A stretch of 64,000 nt of DNA from Thermoplasmatota archaeon (GTDB lineage: Archaea; Thermoplasmatota; Thermoplasmata; UBA10834): positions 77,212-141,211 of the forward strand of contig CAWFTI010000003.1 in assembly GCA_963818745.1 (NCBI GenBank), written 5' to 3'. The notes beneath the pieces are model-generated. The model had not been told where the DNA came from and searched no databases. It saw nothing but the letters and a program-made list of their open reading frames with translations. Shown piece after piece: positions 40,106-51,217 of this stretch; within the stretch, counting starts at the first letter, position 1, and each line of letters starts with the position of its first letter. Position numbers and translations under genes: made by a program.

Positions 40106-40558
40106 CTATTCCCTGGTCCAGATGTCGTCGGGGACCTCGTCGTACACGTTGACCCCGTCCAGACTGTCGATGACGCCCTTGTTCCGGCCGGTTATGAGCT
40201 CCTGGATGCGCTCCTTGCGGAACATCCAGTAGTGGATGCGCCACTCCCTGCCGTCGTAGAGCGTCGTCTCCTCGCGCTCGGTCATCAGTATGCCGGCGTC
40301 CTCGAGCATGTAGAACGCGTCCCTGTCCTCAGGCTCGAGCACATTGTCGATGATCCTCTCGCTGTACCCGAAGAAGTTCATCACATGCTGCGCCATCGCC
40401 CTGGCCTCCTCCTCAGGCATGCCTGACTTGTCTATGCTGTTCTTGATCGCCTTCGTGAGGTGCTCGACGGTCAGCGTCGTCCCGAGGTTCTCCCCCTCGG
40501 ACTTCTTGAGCTTCGTGAGAATATTCAAAGACTCCCCCGTTCCCTTCACAACAATCAA
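40106..40558 (-). CDS. Hypothetical conserved-looking protein (150 aa)
   Basis: ORF with genome-like codon bias, upstream of xpd on the same strand. No family recognised. Confidence 0.5.
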   Translation of the reverse strand: MIVVKGTGESLNILTKLKKSEGENLGTTLTVEHLTKAIKNSIDKSGMPEEEARAMAQHVMNFFGYSERIIDNVLEPEDRDAFYMLEDAGILMTEREETTLYDGREWRIHYWMFRKERIQELITGRNKGVIDSLDGVNVYDEVPDDIWTRE

Positions 40559-40717
40559 CCCCCATATTGCTAGAATCGCAGAGACATGCTACGGAAGATT
40601 CATTTAGCATCCGGGGTATAAATAGATTCGTGTTCGACGAAGGGTGGTTTGGATGTCCGGAAATCACCCTATCCGAAGGTCAGTGCATCGGATGGACAGT
40701 AATGTACGGGAGATGAC

Positions 40718-41026
40718 ATGATGCTTGCGGAGTTCAGCGTCGTCCCCTTGGGCAAAGGGGAGAGCGTGAGCAGATACGTGGCGGAGTGTCTGGAGCTCGT
40801 GGATGCCTCCGGGCTCGAGTATAGGCTCAACCCCATGGGGACGGTCGTGGAGGGATCGTACGACGATGTCATGGCCCTGGTGAAGAAGTGCCACGACAGG
40901 GTCATGGTCGACTGCCAGCGCGTGATCACGACCATCAAGATCGATGACCGGAAAGGGGCCCGGGGGATGATGGAGTCCAAGATACGGTCTGTAGAAGAGA
41001 AAATGGGAAGGAAATTGAAAAGGTGA
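40718..41026 (+). CDS. MTH1187/YkoF-family (DUF77) small ligand-binding protein
   Basis: MMLAEFSVVPLGKGESVSRYVAECLELVDASGLEYRLNPMGTVVEG matches the ferredoxin-like DUF77 pattern. Confidence 0.75.
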   Translation: MMLAEFSVVPLGKGESVSRYVAECLELVDASGLEYRLNPMGTVVEGSYDDVMALVKKCHDRVMVDCQRVITTIKIDDRKGARGMMESKIRSVEEKMGRKLKR

Positions 41027-41044
41027 ATGGGTTTCTGGTGCCGC

Positions 41045-41422
41045 TCAGATGAGCGATGCCAGGCCAGTAATGGTCGAGTACAGCACCAGCAGCACTGCAC
41101 CGAGCACCAGCGATACGCGGACCCACTTCTCCATGTCAGGCCTCAGGATCGCCCCGACCAGCATCGCCGCGGTCAGGAAGAACGTGCCGAGCACCTGAAC
41201 CGTCAGCCCGCTGTCCCACCCGTTGGCGGTGTCTGCCCAGATCATGATTATCCCGCCGATCATCAGCAGGAACAGCCCGACGAACGCGCCGATGGCCAAT
41301 ATGACATCCGACGCTAGTGGTCTCAGATACTCAATCGTCTGCCTGTGCGGGGGCTGGTAGACCGGCTGATAGATCGGGTACGGACCCTGCGGTGCACTCC
41401 CTGGCGTTTGTCCAGAAGACAT
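41045..41422 (-). CDS. Small membrane protein with a Pro/Tyr/Gln-rich N-terminus, hypothetical
   Basis: 125-aa ORF with three predicted TM helices and a TATA-like atttatac about 60 nt upstream. Confidence 0.5.
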   Translation of the reverse strand: MSSGQTPGSAPQGPYPIYQPVYQPPHRQTIEYLRPLASDVILAIGAFVGLFLLMIGGIIMIWADTANGWDSGLTVQVLGTFFLTAAMLVGAILRPDMEKWVRVSLVLGAVLLVLYSTITGLASLI

Positions 41423-41573
41423 TTTTATCCCTTCCGGCCGTATATTGACTTGATGAATGTATATCTCTTTCGGTGAATCGGTATAAATCAGGTGCAGCGG
41501 GCCAGCATTCTAGCCCTCATGACAAGCCCTCGGCGACAATCTGCAATTCCGTCCCCGCGCCGATATCTCAACG

Positions 41574-41699
41574 CTATTCGCGCCTTTCCGCGCAGTCACA
41601 GCCGTCTTCGCCGTTCTTCTTCTTGGGCACGACGACCAGCCTGCACTTCTTCACGCGCGCCACTACTGGCTTTCCGAAATGCACTTCCAAGTCTGGCAC
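41574..41699 (-). CDS. Candidate 41-aa basic Cys-containing small protein (below the ORF-track length cutoff)
   Basis: My own translation from the GTG start: MPDLEVHFGKPVVARVKKCRLVVVPKKKNGEDGCDCAERRE. About three quarters of third codon positions are G/C by my manual count, like neighbouring genes. A strong TATA-like ttttatata lies at 41767-41775 on the same strand. Confidence 0.25.
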   Translation of the reverse strand: MPDLEVHFGKPVVARVKKCRLVVVPKKKNGEDGCDCAERRE

Positions 41700-41831
41700 C
41701 TTCTATGTGGCTGCTCTACGCCAACTTCCCCCGCAGATTCGATTGCTGCATCGATGGCCTCGATTGTATATAAAAGAAGCGTCCGGTTTCCCTGAAATCA
41801 TAACTGGCGAGCTCGGATCATCCGGGATCGG

Positions 41832-42344
41832 TCAGCGCCTGCCCCTGTAGGTCTCTGCCTTCCTCTTGAGGGACGCCAGTTCTACCTCGAGCCATGCCTG
41901 GTTGGAGGCGGCCGTCCGACCGGTCACTTTCCCGGGGGACCCCATCACGATCGACCCCGGAGGGATGTGGGTCCCCGGCGTTATCAGGGTCCCGGCTGCG
42001 ACCACCGACCCGTCCCCCACCGTCGCCTCGTCGAGCACGATGGCCCCGATCCCGACGAGCACGCCACCGCCTATCGAGCATCCGTGCAGTCGGACCGCAT
42101 GGGACAGGATCGATCCTTCGCCAACCGTCACCGGTCTGTCCTTCGGGGCCTCCGCGAAGCCCATGTCCATGACCGCGCTCCCTTTCCCTATCACGATCTT
42201 GTCGTCATCTCCCCTGAGGACGACCCCTGGCCACACGGTCACATCGTCCGCCAGGTGCACGTCCCCGATGACGAGCGCGTCCTCGTCGACGTAGACGTTC
42301 CTCCCGAGCACGGGCTTCTTGTCGCCGTAGCCTCTGAGGGTCAT
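41832..42344 (-). CDS. Gamma-class carbonic anhydrase / LbH family protein (YrdA/PaaY-like)
   Basis: Hexapeptide repeats, VWPGVVLRGD and SHAVRLHGCSIG motifs. Confidence 0.75.
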   Translation of the reverse strand: MTLRGYGDKKPVLGRNVYVDEDALVIGDVHLADDVTVWPGVVLRGDDDKIVIGKGSAVMDMGFAEAPKDRPVTVGEGSILSHAVRLHGCSIGGGVLVGIGAIVLDEATVGDGSVVAAGTLITPGTHIPPGSIVMGSPGKVTGRTAASNQAWLEVELASLKRKAETYRGRR

Positions 42345-42502
42345 CGGCGGTCAATCGCGTTAGTCCCGATAATAGCTTTCACATTGGTGGTTCTCCATGT
42401 CGGGGCCCGCGGCGAACACCTTATCTAGACAGAATCCTTTTTGAGACGAGCAACACCCCCGAGCCGCATCGCATGGAGCTGTAACGCTGGAGGCAAGACG
42501 AA

Positions 42503-44156
42503 TTGCCAGATGATTTGTGTCCCAAGGTTTCATCGCTCGAATCGATCGAGAAGCTGACCATGAGGCTCAGGACTGTCCCCGATTCTGGCGATGCTTTCAA
42601 GCACATCGCCGAGACCGTCCGCGAGGTCGCCGCGGCGGACTTAGGGTTCGTTCTGTTGATTGAGAAGGGCAACCCGAAGCTCTCGGTGATGGGTGAGGCT
42701 GGGGGCACTGAGCATCTCGCCGGCTCGAGGAGGATCCATCTGGACGTTGAGATCTTCAAGAAGCTCTCTCAGGGGCTGGGGTCCTCTGCCATGAGGATCG
42801 AGAGCATCGACCTGATGACTCCCGAGTCCAGGGAGCTCGCGGTGGCCGGAGGCTTAAGCACTGTTCTCGCAAGCTCGATCATGCTGCGGGGCGAATGCCT
42901 CGGCTTCCTGGTCGCTGGCATGATGGCAGGGCAACCCTCCCTTCGCACTGGATGTCGAGCAGGAGCTCGCTCGTCTCGCCGACAACATCGCCTTCGCGGT
43001 CGACAACATCCGCACATCGCTCCTGCTCAGCAGGAGCATCGAGGAGACCGAGAGGATCCTGTCGATGGCGCCGATAGGCATCATGTCGATAGACCCGAAG
43101 GGCATCATCACCGCGGTCAACAACCAGATGACCCGCGTGTTGGAGAGGAAGACCTCCGAGGAGCTGGTGGGCACGAGCGTGTTCGAGATGCCCGCGATAT
43201 CCCGCTCGGGCCTGGATGCGCTGCTGATGCAGGGCATGGAGGGACACGACGCTGAGAAGACAGAGGTCCATTTCGTGCCCAAGCTGGATAAGGCGTACTA
43301 CCTGCATGTCAAGGTCACCCCGCTCATGTCCGTCAGGGACGAGGTGGAGCAGGTCCTCCTGGTCGCGATGGACACATCCTCCAAGGTGCGCCTCGAGAAC
43401 CAGCTGGAGCGCTCGTACGAGAAGCTCACGCAGACCTATCAGGAGCTCGAGCGGGTGAACAAGATGAAGAGCCAGTTCATCGATGTCGTCTCCCACGAGC
43501 TCAGGACACCCCTGACCGTCATGAGGGGGTACGTGGACCTGATGGACTCGGAGTACTCGTCGAAGATGGACCCCAAGTTCTCCCAGCGCGTGAGGACCAT
43601 CAAGGCGAACACCGACAAGCTCTACGCCCTCGTCGAGAGCATGCTCGACGTCAGCAGGCTCGAGAAGGGCTCGCTGGAGATCCATCCCGAGCCCGTCAGG
43701 CTCGATGTGATCCTCGAGGAGCTGATCAAGACCATCATGCCGGAGGCGCACGGGAAGAAGCAGACGCTCACGCTTGATATCGAGGGCAAGCTCCCGCTGG
43801 TCATGGCCGACAGGCGCAGGATGAAGGATGTGTTCAACAACATCATCGACAACGCCATCAAGTACACCCAGGAGGGAGGGAGGATACAGGTGGGCGCCCG
43901 GGACGAGGGAAAGATCATCCATGTCTGGGTGAGGGACAACGGCGTCGGCATACCGCTGGAGAACCTCGGGCGGATATTCGACAGGTTCTACATCGTCGCC
44001 AGCAACGACCTCGCGCACCAGGTTAACAGGATAGGCCTGAGCCTGCCGATCAGCAAGGGCATAGTCGAGGCCCACAGCGGCCGCATCTGGGTGGAGAGCC
44101 AGGTGGGCAAGGGGTCCGTGTTCCACATAGACCTCCCGAAGGAGTTGCCGAAGTAG
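42503..44156 (+). CDS. Sensor histidine kinase (GAF - PAS - HisKA - HATPase_c), frame interrupted once
   Basis: H-box SHELRTPLT, N-box NIIDNAIKYT, G-boxes DNGVGI and GLSLPISKG. ORFs 42503..43255 and 43065..44156 join by a +1 shift at the GGG run 42929-42931 (...VAGMMAG/NPPFALDVEQELARLADNIAF...). The start may be TTG 42503 or ATG 42560. Confidence 0.8.
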
Positions 44157-44188
44157 GATTCTAATACTCTGGGGCAATCTCCGACCTG

Positions 44189-45100
44189 ATGGCCTCCAGG
44201 GACAAGAAGAACGCCATACTGCTCACGGCCCTAGCGAGCCTCATCTGGGGCAGCTCGTTCCCGGGCGCTAAGTGGGGGCTGGGCTATGTCAGCAACGACG
44301 TGTTCTTCCTGTGGCTCAGGTTCCTGGTCGCCTCGGCCATCACGCTCTCGATAGTCCTCTACATGCGCAAGTTCTCGTTCTCGATCCTGAAGAAGCCCGC
44401 GGTGTGGCTCGTAGGCGCGTTCAACGCGGGCGCGTTCGTCGCCCAATATGTGGGGCTCAACTACACGACCGCCTCGAAGACCGCCCTGCTCGTGGACATC
44501 AACGTGATAGCGGTGGCGATAGTCTCCTACTTCGCCTTCAAGGAGCGCATAGGCAAGATGCAGGCCGCGGGAGTTGCGTCGGGCATACTGGGCATATTCA
44601 TGCTGACGACCGAGGGCGGCATGTCGTTCAGCAGCTCGCAGTTCCGCGGGGACGTGCTGGTCTTCGTCGCCGGCTGGGGCTGGGCGTTCTTCATCGTGAT
44701 CAACAAGAAGCTCCTGGGCACCTACAACGGGATCGAGGTGAGCACCGCCGCGATCGTGACCTCGACCATATGGCTCATCCTGCCGGTGTCCTACCTGTAC
44801 CTCACGGGCGCGGACTTCTCGATGGAGCCGATGGCCTGGGTGGCGATCGTGTACCTGGGGCTGTTCTGCACATCCATCGCGATGCTGCTCTGGGCCCTCG
44901 GTCTGGAGGGGGTATCCGCCACCGCCTCGGCCACGATCATGCTGCTCGAGGTGGTCGTCGCGCTGATCCTCTCGATAGGCCTTCTCGAGGAGTCGCTCAC
45001 CACGGTCGCGTTCATAGGCGCGGCGTTCGTCATGGCGGCGATATACCTTGTCTCTGCGGGCGAGAAGGAGCCAGAGGTGCCAACCCTCGGCTACGCCTGA
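44189..45100 (+). CDS. EamA/DMT-family transporter
   Basis: Ten TM helices with two EamA-like halves. Confidence 0.75.
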   Translation: MASRDKKNAILLTALASLIWGSSFPGAKWGLGYVSNDVFFLWLRFLVASAITLSIVLYMRKFSFSILKKPAVWLVGAFNAGAFVAQYVGLNYTTASKTALLVDINVIAVAIVSYFAFKERIGKMQAAGVASGILGIFMLTTEGGMSFSSSQFRGDVLVFVAGWGWAFFIVINKKLLGTYNGIEVSTAAIVTSTIWLILPVSYLYLTGADFSMEPMAWVAIVYLGLFCTSIAMLLWALGLEGVSATASATIMLLEVVVALILSIGLLEESLTTVAFIGAAFVMAAIYLVSAGEKEPEVPTLGYA

Positions 45101-45156
45101 TGGCCTTGAGACGGTTCCACGTGCCACGCCCATCCGAAGTCGCATTCAGGGTCGGC

Positions 45157-45795
45157 TCACGGGATGGATAACACATATCCCGCGATGCCGTCCAGGACCA
45201 TCTGGACGGCGTATGCGGATGTGATGAGGCCCATGACCCTCGTCAAAGCCCTCGTGCCTGCGTTGCCGATGAGCCTGTACATTATGTCCACCCTCCATAG
45301 GAGGGCCGCGCAGAACGCCATGACCGTCAGGAGGGAGATTATTACCAGTGGTATATCCGCGGTCCCTGTAAGAATGATGACCACCGATATCGCCCCCGGA
45401 CCCGCGATCATCGGGGTCCCGAGGGGCACGAAGGCCACGTCCTCTGGCTTGTGCGCCTCCTCCTCTTCCGGCTCCTCAACCCCTTTCCGCCGGGACCTCG
45501 GCGTGTCCCCCTCGTACAGCATCATGATGCCGATCACGAGCAGGAGCAGGCCGCCCGAGATGCGGAGAGCGTCTATGGATATTGAGAGGTAGTCCAGGAT
45601 CGCCTTGCCAATGAGCGCGAACAGCACCAGGAGCGACCCCGCGAACGCGACGGAGTACTTCAGGGTCTTGTTCCTGGCTGCCCTGTCCATGCTCTTGGTG
45701 AGCACCAGGTAGATCGGCATGACCCCGAACGGGTCTATGACCACGAACATCGGGATGAATATGATGAGGAACTCGACAGCCATCGAGACCGTCAC
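45157..45795 (-). CDS. MarC-family (UPF0056) integral membrane protein
   Basis: 212 aa, six TM helices, N-terminal FVVIDPFGVMPIYL motif. Confidence 0.7.
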   Translation of the reverse strand: MTVSMAVEFLIIFIPMFVVIDPFGVMPIYLVLTKSMDRAARNKTLKYSVAFAGSLLVLFALIGKAILDYLSISIDALRISGGLLLLVIGIMMLYEGDTPRSRRKGVEEPEEEEAHKPEDVAFVPLGTPMIAGPGAISVVIILTGTADIPLVIISLLTVMAFCAALLWRVDIMYRLIGNAGTRALTRVMGLITSAYAVQMVLDGIAGYVLSIP

Positions 45796-45874
45796 TACCG
45801 TGCGGGTATTTGTTGGCTTCTAGGACCGCGCCCGAAACCTCTATGCCCCACGAGGGCATAATCCGCGCGATCAC

Positions 45875-47317
45875 ATGACGCGCTCCGAGATGCTCGACGA
45901 GGTCTACTCGAGGATCGACAAGGACAAGAACAGGCACATCGCGAGGGTCAGGCGCTTGCTGAAGCAGCCGAGCTCCAGCCAGCAGGACATAGGGATCGAG
46001 GAGTGCGCAGACCTCGTCGCCGACCTGTACCGCGAGGTGGGGTGCGACAAGGTCGAGGTCGTCGAGACCAAGGGCAACCCGGTCGTCTACGGAGAGTGCA
46101 AGGGGGACTCCGACGACACGCTGCTCGCGTACTTCATGTACGACACGATGCCGTTCAACGAGCCCGGCTGGAACCAGCCCGCGATGGGCGCGAAGATGGT
46201 CGACATGAAGCTCCCCTCGGGGAAGGTGAAGGCGATCGTGAACAGGGGCAGCGACAACACGAAGGGCCCGCTCGCAGCCTTCCTGAACTCTGTCGAGGCG
46301 TGCAACAAGTCGGTCGGGCGCCCGCCGGTCAACCTCATCCTCGTGGCCGAGGGCGAGGAGGAGCTCGGCAGCCCGAGCCTGCCCGCGTACGTCAAGAAGG
46401 ACAAGAAGCGCCTCTCGAAGGCCGACGCGTGCTACTTCCCGTTCTTCGGCCAGGACTCCGACGGCGCCTCGAACCTGTACCTGGGCGTGAAAGGCGTGGT
46501 CTACTTCGAGCTCGAGTGCTCAGGCAAGAGCTGGGGGAAGGGCCCGAAGGAGTTCGCGATACACAGCTCCGCGAAGGCGTGGGTCGACAGCCCCGTGTGG
46601 CGGCTCATCGACGCGCTCGAGACCATGACCGTGGACGGCGGGAACAAGATACTGATTGACGGGTTCTACGACGACATCGCCCCTCCCACCGAGGAGGACG
46701 AGATGCTGATCAAGGAGCTGGCGAAGGGGTTCGATATCTCCGCCGCCAAGGAGTCGATGAAGGTCGACAGGATGATGCTGCCCGACGGAGACAAGGAAGG
46801 GCTCATCAGGATGTTCACGTTCGGCACCACGCTGAACATAGACGGCATCTGGGCCGGCTGGACGGAGAAGGGCTCGAAGACCGTGCTGCCCCACAAGGCC
46901 ACCTGCAAGATCGACATAAGGCTCGTGCCCGACCAGGAGAAGGACAAGATGATGCCGCTCGTGCGGAAGCACCTGGACGCGCACGGGTACGAGGACATCA
47001 AGATGACCGAGATAGACACCGGGTACGACTGCTGCAGGGCGAGCGTGAAGGAGCCGGTGGTCCAGGCGATCATCTCGTCGTTCAAGGAGTTCGGGTGCGA
47101 GCCCGCGATATGGCCCACGAGCGGCGGGGCGGTGCCGTTCTACGTGTTCAGCAAGTTCCTGAATATCCCGTTCACGATGAGCGGGATAGGGCACAGCGAC
47201 CTCGCCCACAGCCCGAACGAGTACATGGTCGTCGAGGGGAACAAGAAGGTCGCGGGGCTGACCGATGCGGAGAAGTTCATGGTGCACTTCATGGACGGCT
47301 TCGCTCACCGCGCCTGA
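45875..47317 (+). CDS. M20-family metallopeptidase (dipeptidase / ArgE-DapE-CPG2-like)
   Basis: 480 aa. Metal-ligand regions ...MYDTMPF..., ...VAEGEEELGS... and C-terminal ...GIGHSDLAHSPNEYM. Confidence 0.75.
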   Translation: MTRSEMLDEVYSRIDKDKNRHIARVRRLLKQPSSSQQDIGIEECADLVADLYREVGCDKVEVVETKGNPVVYGECKGDSDDTLLAYFMYDTMPFNEPGWNQPAMGAKMVDMKLPSGKVKAIVNRGSDNTKGPLAAFLNSVEACNKSVGRPPVNLILVAEGEEELGSPSLPAYVKKDKKRLSKADACYFPFFGQDSDGASNLYLGVKGVVYFELECSGKSWGKGPKEFAIHSSAKAWVDSPVWRLIDALETMTVDGGNKILIDGFYDDIAPPTEEDEMLIKELAKGFDISAAKESMKVDRMMLPDGDKEGLIRMFTFGTTLNIDGIWAGWTEKGSKTVLPHKATCKIDIRLVPDQEKDKMMPLVRKHLDAHGYEDIKMTEIDTGYDCCRASVKEPVVQAIISSFKEFGCEPAIWPTSGGAVPFYVFSKFLNIPFTMSGIGHSDLAHSPNEYMVVEGNKKVAGLTDAEKFMVHFMDGFAHRA

Positions 47318-48417
47318 AGGGCCTGCTCGTAGGCCCTGAGGACGACCTTCGCGGTCTCGTCCCAGGAGAACTCCCTCGCCCTCTTCTTCCCGGCCTCGCC
47401 CATGCGTGCGCGCATCTTGGGGTCCTCGAGCAGCTTGCACAGCGCATCCGCCAGTCCGACGATGTCCGCTGGTTCCACGAGGATTCCCTCGGCGCCGTCC
47501 CGAACGAGTTCCGGAATCCCTCCGACCTTCGTCGCTACGACCGGCCTTCCGCAGACCATGCCCTCCATGAGCGACAGCCCCCAGCCCTCGTTCCTCGATG
47601 GCAGCGCCACGATATCACAGTCGGCGTACAGGGCCATCAGCTTCTCCTGGCTCACGGATTCTAGGAACTCAATGGACCCCGACACTCCGGTCCTGTTCGC
47701 GAGCACCTTGAACCATCCCGCTTCGTCCGTGCCGCGGAAACCGGTCTTGGCGACGGCAACGAGACGGGCGTCCGGGACACACTCCACGACCTGCTTCATC
47801 GCGAGCACAAGGAACTCCAGGCCCTTCCTCGGCTCGAGTCCTCCGACGAACAGTACCGTGGGCCTACGCGAGGACCGAGCGGGCAGGTCCCTGAAGTCGG
47901 ACTCGTCGATCCCGTTGTACGAGACGATCGATCCGAACCCGAAGTCCCTCTTCAGCGCGTCCTTCCAGTACTGCGAGACCACGAACCTGTGGTCCGCGTG
48001 AGCGACCGCGCTCTTCTCGAACTCGTAGAGCGTCGGCTCCGCGAAGTCATCGACATGGTGTATCGTGCGGAAGATGGGGGCCGAAATGGTCCCTTGGGAC
48101 TTCATCCGGGCGAGCGCGGTCCCGCCGACGCAGTCCTGCGCATGATACAGTTCGGCGTCCCTCGGGAGGTTCTCCGAGTACGCTGCGATCATCCTCTCGA
48201 GTCTGGTGACCATATCTGGATGCCATTCATATGGGAAGATCCTGAACGGGACCGAGACCTCTCTGAAGAACCCTCTCGAAGCGGACGGATCATCTCCACG
48301 CGCAAGGGAGTATAGGGTGACATCGACACCGAGGGCCCGCAGTCTCTCCGCGAGCTTGAGGGCGTGCGCGACCCCTCCTCTCGCCCTCGTGCTGTATGTC
48401 AGCATCGCGACCTTCAA
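47305..48417 (-). CDS. Glycosyltransferase family 4 (group 1)
   Basis: The TTG start at 48417 gives MKVAMLTYSTRARGGVAHALKLAE. C-terminal EGWGLSLMEGMVCGRPVVAT (E-x7-E motif). The 3' end overlaps the convergent M20 gene by 13 nt. Confidence 0.8.
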   Translation of the reverse strand: MKVAMLTYSTRARGGVAHALKLAERLRALGVDVTLYSLARGDDPSASRGFFREVSVPFRIFPYEWHPDMVTRLERMIAAYSENLPRDAELYHAQDCVGGTALARMKSQGTISAPIFRTIHHVDDFAEPTLYEFEKSAVAHADHRFVVSQYWKDALKRDFGFGSIVSYNGIDESDFRDLPARSSRRPTVLFVGGLEPRKGLEFLVLAMKQVVECVPDARLVAVAKTGFRGTDEAGWFKVLANRTGVSGSIEFLESVSQEKLMALYADCDIVALPSRNEGWGLSLMEGMVCGRPVVATKVGGIPELVRDGAEGILVEPADIVGLADALCKLLEDPKMRARMGEAGKKRAREFSWDETAKVVLRAYEQALQAR

Positions 48418-48770
48418 ACTGATCCTCACGGCCCCAACGCGGTCGAGGCATAATTTCTTTGTCGAGCGTTCGCGCGATCCGTCATGGTGCACGAAAGTGA
48501 ACATGTGGAGGTTCGCCACGGGAGACGAAAACGAGGAGCCATCCTCCACGCTCCGGACAGGTATTTGAGAAACGTTATTAAGCTGCGGACATTTATCCTA
48601 GCCTTGAAGGCGACAGAAGGTCGGTTTGTGCGCCGTCAACGATGTTTACAGGGGCGCGCCAGTCGGTCTCTGTGTCGTCCAGCGCAAGCGTGGGTTACGG
48701 GGGAGCTGTCGACCGTGCCTGCGAGCGAATCTGCAGCGAACGTAGCCGCAATCTGCTTCAGGCGGGGCCA

Positions 48771-51217
48771 ATGATGCCGAAAGAGCCCAATACCTCAAAT
48801 GGACGAGCCAATGAGCAGGTGCTATGGCTGAACGAGATAGGCCTCAAAGACATTGCCAAAGTGGGCGGGAAGAACGCCTCCTTGGGCGAGATGATCGGCC
48901 ATCTCACGAGCAAGGGCATCAGGGTCCCCGAGGGTTTTGCAGTCACGACGAAGGCGTTCAGGCTCTTCATGGAGAGCCGCCCAGCTCGAGGGGAAGGTCA
49001 AGGAGATCATCAATGGTCTGGACCCTGACGACCCGGTCGACGTCGCGGCGAGAGGGGCGAATATCAGGAAGGTGTTCCTCGACGCCGAGTTCCCGGACGA
49101 GCTGAGGAGGGAGATCGCGTTCAGCTACTGGCAGCTCGGGAGGAAGCTGAACATGGAGACCCCGAGCGTCGCGATCAGGTCGAGCGCCACGTCGGAGGAC
49201 CTCGATGGCGCCTCGTTCGCGGGTCAGCACGAGACTATTCTCAACGTCAGGGGCGAGTTCGCGGTCATGAAGGCCATAAGGCAGTGCTTCGCGAGCCTGT
49301 TCACCGACCGCGCGATCGCGTACAGGTCGCACAAGGGGTTCGACCAGATCGACAACGAGCTCTCGGTGGGCGTGCAGCGCATGGTCAGGAGCGACCTGTC
49401 GTGCTCCGGCGTCATATTCACTCTCGACACTGAGAGCGGGTTCGACAAAGTCGTCTATATCACAGGTTCCTGGGGCCTTGGCGAGATGATCGTCCAGGGA
49501 GCGGTGAACCCGGACCAGTTCTACGTGTTCAAGCCCATGCTGGGCAAGGCCGAGGACCCCATCGTGGAGAAGAAGCTCGGGAGCAAGCAGCACAAGCTCG
49601 TCTATGCGTCGAAGGGCAGCGGTATGATGGACGCCGAGGTCCCGGAGAGGGACCGGCAGAGGTTCGTTCTTGACGATAAGGACATCGTCACCCTCGCGAA
49701 GTGGGCTTGCATCATAGAGGACCACTACGGGAAGCCGATGGACATCGAGTGGGCAAAGGACGGCATCACGGGCGAGCTGTACATCGTGCAGGCCAGGCCC
49801 GAGACCGTCCACGCGGCCAAGACGGAGAACGTGCTCGAGACCTACGTACTCGAGGAGCGAGGGGACAGTCGTCATCAAGGGCGAGGCCGTGGGCCACAAG
49901 ATCGGCAAGGGCGCGGTCAAGGTCCTGGAGAGCGCGTTCGAGATATCCGAGTTCAAGAAGGGCGAGGTGCTCGTGACGGACAAGACCGACCCGGACTGGG
50001 AGCCGATCATGAGGAACGCCTCCGCCATCGTGACCGACCGCGGGGGCAGGACCTGCCACGCGGCGATAGTGTCGAGGGAGCTGGGCATCCCGTGCATCAT
50101 CGGCACCGGCAGGGGAACGAAGGTGCTTCGGAACGGGCAGCTGGTGACGGCCGACACGTCCGAGGGCGAGGGTAGGGTGTACGAGGGCGAGTTGAAGTTC
50201 AGGGTCGACAGGACTGATCTGAGCCACATGCCGGAGACCCGCACCAAGATCATGATGAACGTGAGCGTGCCCGAGCACGTCTTCACTCAGGGCCGGATAC
50301 CCTGCGACGGGGTCGGGCTCGCCAGGCTCGAGTTCATAATAGCCGCCCACATCGGGATCCACCCGCTCGCGCTCGTCGAGTTCGACAAGCTCAAGGAGCG
50401 CGCGCGCACGGAGCCCGAGGTCGCCAAGATAGTCGATGAGATCGAGGAGCGCACACAGGGGTACGACAACAAGGAGGACTACTTCCTCGAGAAGCTCGCG
50501 TGGGGGGTGGGCAAGATAGGCGCCACGTTCTACCCGCGCGATGTGATCGTGAGGCTGTCCGACTTCAAGACGAACGAGTACGCGAGCCTGCTCGGCGGGA
50601 AGCTGTTCGAGCCGACCGAGTTCAACCCGATGATCGGGTGGCGGGGCGCGTCGAGGTACTACGACGAGAGGTTCAAGGCCGCGTTCAGGCTCGAGTGCAT
50701 CGCGCTCAAGCGCGTGCGCGAGAAGAAGGGCCTGACCAACATCAAGGTCATGGTGCCGTTCTGCCGCACGCCCGACGAGGGCCGGAAGGTCATCAAGACC
50801 ATGGCCGAGTTCGGGCTGAAGCAGGGCGAGAACGGGCTCGAGGTGTACGTCATGTGCGAGATCCCGAGCAACGTGGTGCTCGCGGAGGAGTTCGCGGACG
50901 TGTTCGACGGTTTCTCGATAGGCTCGAACGATCTCACGCAGCTGATGCTCGGGCTCGACAGGGATTCGGAGCTCGTCTCGCACCTCTACGACGAGCGCAA
51001 CCCGGCGGTCAAGACCATGATCGCCAGCGCGATCAAGACGTTGAAGAAGAAGGGGAAGAAGATAGGCATCTGCGGTCAGGCGCCCTCCGACTTCCCCGAG
51101 TTCGCCGAGTTCCTGGTGGAGTGCGGCATAGACAGCATTTCCCTCAACCCGGACAGCGTCATCAAGACCCGGCTCCTGGTGGCGGAGAAGGAGAAGAAGC
51201 TCCAGCGCCAGAAGTAG
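48771..51217 (+). CDS. ppsA: Phosphoenolpyruvate synthase (pyruvate, water dikinase), frame interrupted twice
   Basis: N-terminus MMPKEPNTS...VGGKNASLGEM, RSSATSEDL, phospho-His TDRGGRTCHAAIVSRELGIP, and a C-terminal PEP-utilising domain GICGQAPSD. Three ORF pieces (48642.., 48937..50175, 49889..51217) join via +1 shifts near 48977-48983 and at the GGGG run 49861-49864. Confidence 0.9.

Noticed and set aside
40559-40717. Possible TPP (THI-box) riboswitch in front of the YkoF/MTH1187-family gene, since YkoF-type proteins are linked to thiamine and some Thermoplasmata have TPP riboswitches.
   Set aside because: I could not find the conserved CUGAGA and ACCUGAUCUGGAUAAUGCCAGCG-like elements. 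Only a TATA-like ggtataaatag and a short GGGUG...CACCC hairpin are present.
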